From an uncultured Neisseria sp. (GTDB lineage Bacteria > Pseudomonadota > Gammaproteobacteria > Burkholderiales > Neisseriaceae), in NCBI GenBank assembly GCA_964563885.1, contig CAZLYX010000002.1, positions 12,293 through 76,292 of the forward strand: a stretch of DNA of 64,000 nucleotides. The letters are read 5' to 3'. The position numbers and the translations under genes are program-made. Under the pieces are notes generated by a model. That model was not told where the DNA came from. It worked only from the letters and a program-made list of their open reading frames with translations, and made no database searches. This document shows, one piece after another, positions 63,774-64,000 of this stretch (positions are counted from its first letter, which is position 1; every line of letters begins with the position of its first letter).

Positions 63774-64000
63774 TTAGTTAGAGCTCGGAAATAGTTTAGG
63801 TGATAATTTCACATACCAAGCCGCTGCTTGCACTTGTACTACATAAGCTAAAGCAATTAATAGAGCTGCTTCGGCGCCTTCGGTGCCAAAAACACCTAAA
63901 GCAATGGCTAGAGCGATGGAAAGATTACGCATCACAGTGCCATAAACCAGAGCGATGCCATCATCACGATTAAAACGCCATTTGGCAATCACAGTTGATA
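63774..64000 (-). CDS. C-terminal part of an ACR3 / bile-acid:Na+ symporter-superfamily transporter; the 5' end lies outside the window
   Basis: The frame stays open to the window edge. The MRNLSIALAIALGVFG...ALLIALAYVVQV hydrophobic helices resemble that superfamily. Confidence 0.4.
   Translation of the reverse strand, partial: STVIAKWRFNRDDGIALVYGTVMRNLSIALAIALGVFGTEGAEAALLIALAYVVQVQAAAWYVKLSPKLFPSSN

Noticed and set aside
1-64000. The regularly recurring 12-mer could be CRISPR repeats or a REP/MITE family.
   Set aside because: Spacing is irregular, from kilobases to 4 nt. Copies occur in both orientations and inside genes. There are no uniform spacers or cas genes, and no conserved sequence extends beyond the 12-mer. 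The behaviour matches a DNA uptake sequence.

Overview
This 64-kb window looks like ordinary chromosomal backbone from a low-GC member of the Neisseriaceae. GC is roughly low-40s % by eye and was not computed. The family assignment is an inference from one signal. The 12-mer AGGCTACCTGAA is the Eikenella-type dialect of the neisserial DNA uptake sequence (DUS). By eye it occurs about 36 times exactly, with at least 10 more near-exact copies. Most copies sit as inverted pairs that form terminator-like hairpins between genes.

I support about 57 protein-coding genes, nearly all housekeeping:
- The end of a type IV pilus minor-pilin operon (pilJ/pilK/pilX-like).
- hpnD-hpnE (squalene branch), radA and mltD.
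- ttcA, plus a decayed duplicate of its 5' end.
- eptA (lipid A phosphoethanolamine transferase) next to a PepSY / cytochrome b / OmpR-type regulator / histidine kinase module.
- lolC-lolD, can, proS, a cystine-type ABC transporter, lemA with an M48 peptidase, and gltS.
- ctpA, envC, yqgE-ruvX, ridA, ybaK and mfd.
- A LysR regulator with an SDR, then yhbY, rlmE, ftsH, folP and glmM.
- dedA, speB, ansA, prfA and trmA.

I found no rRNA, tRNA, CRISPR array, transposase, integrase or recognisable defence/toxin gene. I also cannot point to a convincing novel multi-gene system.

The observations most worth follow-up are:
1. The DUS dialect, its density and its architecture.
2. Three PmrA-box-like direct repeats (YTTAAG-N5-CTTAAG) that tie eptA to the adjacent two-component module.
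3. A roughly 290-bp diverged duplication of the ttcA promoter and 5' end, bracketing an inserted lipoprotein gene.
4. Two perfect tandem DnaA boxes in a 510-bp AT-rich spacer.
5. Two or three compositionally foreign single-gene islets.

All coordinates for short motifs were located by eye and should be re-derived computationally.
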